From a virus (lineage: Duplodnaviria > Caudoviricetes), in IMG/VR virus record IMGVR_UViG_3300020151_001234, positions 1-29,326 of that record: a stretch of DNA of 29,326 nt, one strand, 5' to 3'. The notes beneath the pieces were generated by a model that saw nothing but the letters and a program-made list of their open reading frames with translations, searched no databases and was not told the DNA's origin. Positions 27,401-29,326 of this stretch are shown here, piece by piece (the stretch's first letter is position 1; each line of letters opens with the position of its first letter). Position numbers and translations under genes: made by a program.

Positions 27401-28964
27401 TGGAACTAATTTAATTCTTACTATTCCAAATAATGTAGGAGTAATCTCCTCTTTCAATTCTTTATTAGTTGATAGAGTACAGGGAACTCTCAATCAAAAT
27501 TCAGTTGATAGTTTGTATTACGTTGGTTCTGCGGGAACTACACTTCTTTCCGGTGCAAATGTAAATACTATAACTGATTTAACAGATGGATTGCATTTTA
27601 AAGTCAGTCATAATAATCATGGAATGTATTCTTTAGTAGATAAAGTAACACTTTCCGGTATAGAACCAGATCAAAAACCAGAAACACTAAAAGCCACATA
27701 TAATTCCACATCAACAAGTAATATTGTTGTAAGTTCTGTAGGAATATTCACTAGTTTTGAAAATATTCCAGTTTCTTCTGTAAATCCCGGATATATTTTA
27801 GTTGATAATGAAGTTATTAGATATACTGGTGTTGTTACGTCCACTAATAACCTAACTGGAATAACTAGAAATATTGATGACTCAATTTCTGGTTCATATG
27901 ATCTAGAGTTTCCCGTGTTTAAGTATGAATTAAATGGAGTATCTTTGAGGAGAATAAACAAAACTCATAATTTGTCAGATACTAATTTGGTAACTTATCC
28001 AACAGATTTGGATTATTATTATGTTAAAGTTGGAATGAGTAGTAGAGGAATTGATAGAACTGTAGGAAACGGTCTTGGTTATCCAGCTCTATATTTTAAT
28101 GCTGATAAATCTTGCGGATCTTATGATACCGTACCTTTATTGGGATCTCCAAAAGGTCCTAAAGCAACTCAAAATATACCATTCAATATTATTAGACCTA
28201 ATATTCAAACTTTATTACCACAAAAAACATCCATATCAGCAAAAGTGAGAACTTTTAGTGGATCTTCTCCAGATAGTAATCTAACGGCATTTTTAGATCA
28301 GGGATTTGTTGATGTAGCTTTAAATTCAAATACTGAATTCGGTTCTCCAAGAATTATAAGTTCTCAAATAAATGAAGAAACATATTTATCAAGTTTTCCT
28401 GGTAAAAAGTCGTTTACAATGGAACTGACTTTAAGTACAGAAGATGAAAAAGTTTCTCCAATGATTGATTTGGATAGAGTAAACTTAATTACTATTTCTA
28501 ATAGAATTAATTCTAAAATTACAAATTATGCTGATGATCCACGAGTTAATTCATTAACTGATGATCCAACAGCAGCAACATATTTGAGTAATATTGTTAT
28601 TTTAGATAAAGTGGCCGATAATTTAAAAGTATTTTTTGATGCTTTTAGACATTCAAGCAATGATATCAGAGTATGTTATAGAATTTTTAGACCAGATTCT
28701 CCAGCAACAGCACAACTTTGGCAATTATTTCCAGGATATGATAATCTGGATGCAAATTCACAAGTTATTAATTCATCCAAAAATAATGGAAGACCAGATA
28801 AAAACATAAAAAATTCAACCTCTGAAGATAATTTCAACTCTTATGAATTTACAGCGTCCAATCTACCTCAATTTAATGGATTCCAGATAAAAATCTTAAT
28901 GTCTGGCACAAATTCAGCGTTTGTACCAAAGATTAGAGATTTTAGAGTTATTGCAACTATTTAA
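21450..28964 (+). CDS. Large virion structural protein, VrlC/DUF4815-like, 2504 aa
   Basis: NTSPYFDDFD...VLFKPG..IQARELTTLQS, APGADRL, LARRTNDESGDY, YRMQDIARLEDRLRNIEYYTSLSLLE, VDPLAQSF, GSLFKSQN and a C-terminal PKIRDFRVIA. This gene type follows gp8 in cyanomyophages. Confidence 0.85.
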   Translation: MAQNTNLNTSPYFDDFDPRKNYQRVLFKPGTPIQARELTTLQSIAQNQLEKFGKHFFKEGQVVIPGNIAYDSEYSCVQIDPTHLSIPVITYLPNLLGKQIKGEISGVTAKIENYITSEESENDNYTLYVKYQSSSDTDFTRSTFVDGENLIVLENIDYGSGVIRLESSFATTLISNSIATGSAAKIEEGVYFIRGFFVDVFPQTVILDQYSNLPSYRIGLSIFEDIAVPSQANQDLFDNARGFSNFAAPGADRLRIVATLIKKSLTDFNDENFVELLRIENGLIKKVTKKEDVPTLINDELARRTNDESGDYYVKPFSVTAKESLNNKIGNNGVYNPGQSTKQGNTPSDDLLTLQISPGKAYVKGYEVETLITVNADLEKPRTTETVKDTTVPFSLGNQVEVNNVYGTIPVGFGSSSRVTLYSNRTSTAGLPAGIPIGVGRVYDLKLKNDAYEDATTVFEGSVFDVQTYTYLQLNTTISLSTPAFVEGKNSSASGYLVSNVTNSNQVVLYQVSGAFTVGEQLKIDGQDISRTIVNVRDYTLGDVRQVVGYVGATTSFTADTVISAGIPLASQNTSFTISAGSGGISTVTTSDSTFGVGINTGDILVYTKSGQTVPTYNRVTSINTASKSITIESTPSIVGVNSGGLPTSSTTLNGLLKGSSTLLNTRESFFFAELQNSNISSVDVSEGEIVYRKSYSVTVSSNGLTATLETDTNISLEPFDEEDYSLVYANGTIEPLTSGQFTITSARTLTLVNLITNGAATLTATLRKRRLKSRKKIYNRCAILDIRNSNTSSSGIGSTTLNDGLTYGPYYGTRVQDARISLNLPDVIYVMGVFESSDSSDAELPKLEVVNLNANILNAVKGEIIYGQTSNAMALFVATNGTNQVEFVYINENTFIKGENILFYESNVTAEVSLLIEGDRNIVSDFIFDNGQTLEIADYSSLRRKSGVTAPTKRLKIVYNHYYIDPNDDGDFVTVSSYERERYSNELPLIGFYRASDIIDLRPRVSPYSSTVTPYSPFEFASRQFLPTTNSTPYNFAKDKNLFLSYSYYLARTDRLYLNRYGEFFVSKGVPSLSPIAPGIIENALEVATITMKPYVYNIGDVTVQLSPHKRYRMQDIARLEDRLRNIEYYTSLSLLETDTKNLTLRDSQTQLDRFKCGFLVDNFKSVSSGSLGDPQHKCSIDTKEGLLRPQHYTTSIDLLLGSEAVIGSSNVSNPDADLRFVKDLGNPNTVKVGDIVCLKYTDVEFLKNTFATRIENVNPFNVVNWIGAIELNPATDTWIETRGTKRTVDQEGNYSTTIQQLGVDSNTGLSPIDWGAWETTWTGTQELARQNMGSLYIGTNEISRSSHRGGFQKGRGIPETTTINYRDQYTNFANVTTLTTTKQARQGIQYKVSERFDSVNLGTFVISTEVIHTMRSRNIEFIARRLKPKTRLYAFFDNVDMNKYIVPKLIEIQMESGTFSVGETVVGTVGTTSIRFRLSTPNHKYGPYNQPEQIYTDNPYSPTQSIPSSYSTTSTILNVDTGSLELQSASGFYGHIVANMQLKGEVSKAIAKITDVRLITDTAGTLIGSIYIPNSKLQSTPSFETGTKTFTLTTSSINTTIVGATDSTADAKFTSSGTLNNTEEVTLRTRNANVERLNRSEERTLSSQQTNLQAGTSFVDRTVTQTRWVDPLAQSFEVPDENGVFITKCDVFFRSKDTNSLPITMQIRTMQTGLPTTTIIPFGEVVLDPSQVNISEDGKTATTFTFPSPVYLESGNSYCVVLLSASNEYTVWVSRMGEEDVTTLNLPESQKIVVSQQPLLGSLFKSQNGATWDPSQLEDLKLTLYRAKFVTGSSTVRFYNPKLDIGNNQVVTLRANALDCISKSTLIGLGKSLTSTEVTGLTAGSPILQSNNTTFRSNLKSVVGSVGIGSTLVVTSAGIGFTSAFKTYSNVNLVSITGSGFGAKVNLSVQNGVAIAATVSIGGTGYAYGDSVEVNYSQTDGLGTNLILTIPNNVGVISSFNSLLVDRVQGTLNQNSVDSLYYVGSAGTTLLSGANVNTITDLTDGLHFKVSHNNHGMYSLVDKVTLSGIEPDQKPETLKATYNSTSTSNIVVSSVGIFTSFENIPVSSVNPGYILVDNEVIRYTGVVTSTNNLTGITRNIDDSISGSYDLEFPVFKYELNGVSLRRINKTHNLSDTNLVTYPTDLDYYYVKVGMSSRGIDRTVGNGLGYPALYFNADKSCGSYDTVPLLGSPKGPKATQNIPFNIIRPNIQTLLPQKTSISAKVRTFSGSSPDSNLTAFLDQGFVDVALNSNTEFGSPRIISSQINEETYLSSFPGKKSFTMELTLSTEDEKVSPMIDLDRVNLITISNRINSKITNYADDPRVNSLTDDPTAATYLSNIVILDKVADNLKVFFDAFRHSSNDIRVCYRIFRPDSPATAQLWQLFPGYDNLDANSQVINSSKNNGRPDKNIKNSTSEDNFNSYEFTASNLPQFNGFQIKILMSGTNSAFVPKIRDFRVIATI

Positions 28965-28968
28965 AATT

Positions 28969-29211
28969 ATGTTAATACCAGTAGAAGGAAATATAGGGTT
29001 ATTCAGAGATGAAAACTCTAGTGCTATTTTAAATTGTTCAGATTCAGATTATCAAAAATATCTAGAATTAAAAACGGTAAAAGTCAAAGAGGTTACTAGA
29101 TTAAATGAAATTACTGAAAAAGTTAATGAAATTGATCAGTTAAAATCTGATGTAAGTGAAATGAAAGATATGATGAAACTTATCCTGTCTAAACTAGACA
29201 GTAATTCATAA
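28969..29211 (+). CDS. Small hypothetical protein with C-terminal coiled coil, 80 aa
   Basis: Start revised to ATG 28969, 4 nt after the upstream stop. VEG...LFRD..S.AILN motif and heptads EIDQLKSDVSEMKDMMKLIL. Confidence 0.8.
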   Translation: MLIPVEGNIGLFRDENSSAILNCSDSDYQKYLELKTVKVKEVTRLNEITEKVNEIDQLKSDVSEMKDMMKLILSKLDSNS

Positions 29212-29214
29212 ATA
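29208..29214 (+). promoter_or_regulatory. T4-like late promoter ATAAATA overlapping a stop codon
   Basis: 20 nt before ATG 29235. Confidence 0.6.
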
Positions 29215-29234
29215 CTTAAAAACGGACTCCAATA

Positions 29235-29326
29235 ATGGCGGCAAGGAATGTAAACTTAGTTCTTGAACAAGGGGTTGACTTTCAAGCCACCTTTACAATC
29301 AGGAATACTAATAACGCACCACTAAA
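29235..29326 (+). CDS. 3'-truncated virion structural protein (BppU-N-like Ig-fold start)
   Basis: MAARNVNLVLEQGVDFQATFTIRNTNNAPL..., open to the window end; N-L-x-[IL]-[DE]-Q-G-x-D-F motif. Confidence 0.7.
   Translation, partial: MAARNVNLVLEQGVDFQATFTIRNTNNAPL

Noticed and set aside
5471-27961. Short minus-strand and alternate-frame ORFs inside gp6, gp7, gp8 and the 2504-aa gene
   Set aside because: Shadow ORFs of 61-96 aa with no motifs, fully nested in long genes.
6706-28964. Inteins, introns or homing endonucleases as the cause of the giant ORFs
   Set aside because: The frames are uninterrupted, and I saw no intein splice-junction or LAGLIDADG/HNH/GIY-YIG motifs by eye.
4432-28964. Bacterial contractile injection system or T6SS locus
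   Set aside because: The gp25-gp6-gp7-gp8 order, T4 late promoter cores and small phage-type ORFs indicate a T4-like phage.
28921-28968. TTG start for the last complete ORF
   Set aside because: It overlaps the end of the upstream gene; ATG 28969 fits better.
1-29326. tRNA, rRNA, CRISPR array or diversity-generating retroelement
   Set aside because: No cloverleaf, spaced direct repeats, reverse transcriptase or near-identical template/variable repeat pair was seen by eye; intergenic gaps are short.

Overview
AT-rich segment of a T4-like myovirus, most likely a cyanomyophage; all credible genes are on the + strand. Bases 1-4400 hold accessory and small conserved genes. These are a partial cupin/2OG-oxygenase-like ORF, a GT10-like glycosyltransferase, a NeuD/PglD-like acetyltransferase, a GT-A glycosyltransferase and several short ORFs, three of which are absent from the ORF track. 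The baseplate module follows: gp25, gp6, a giant 4369-aa gp7, gp8, a 2504-aa VrlC/DUF4815-like virion protein, a coiled-coil protein and a truncated structural gene. T4-type late promoter cores ((A/C)TAAATA) and two sigma70-like promoters sharing a TTGCAT -35 are visible. The most striking observation is an alpha-helical segment inside gp7 that, by eye, follows the phycobiliprotein pattern, with equivalents of both bilin-attachment cysteines (CKRD and a Cys155-like site). This suggests a possibly chromophore-bearing baseplate. Also notable are a dispersed G[IV]GT motif in the virion proteins next to sugar-modifying enzymes, a split YHYH domain, a 7-blade propeller and candidate structured RNA leaders. 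All family calls come from motif recognition; no database search was run.
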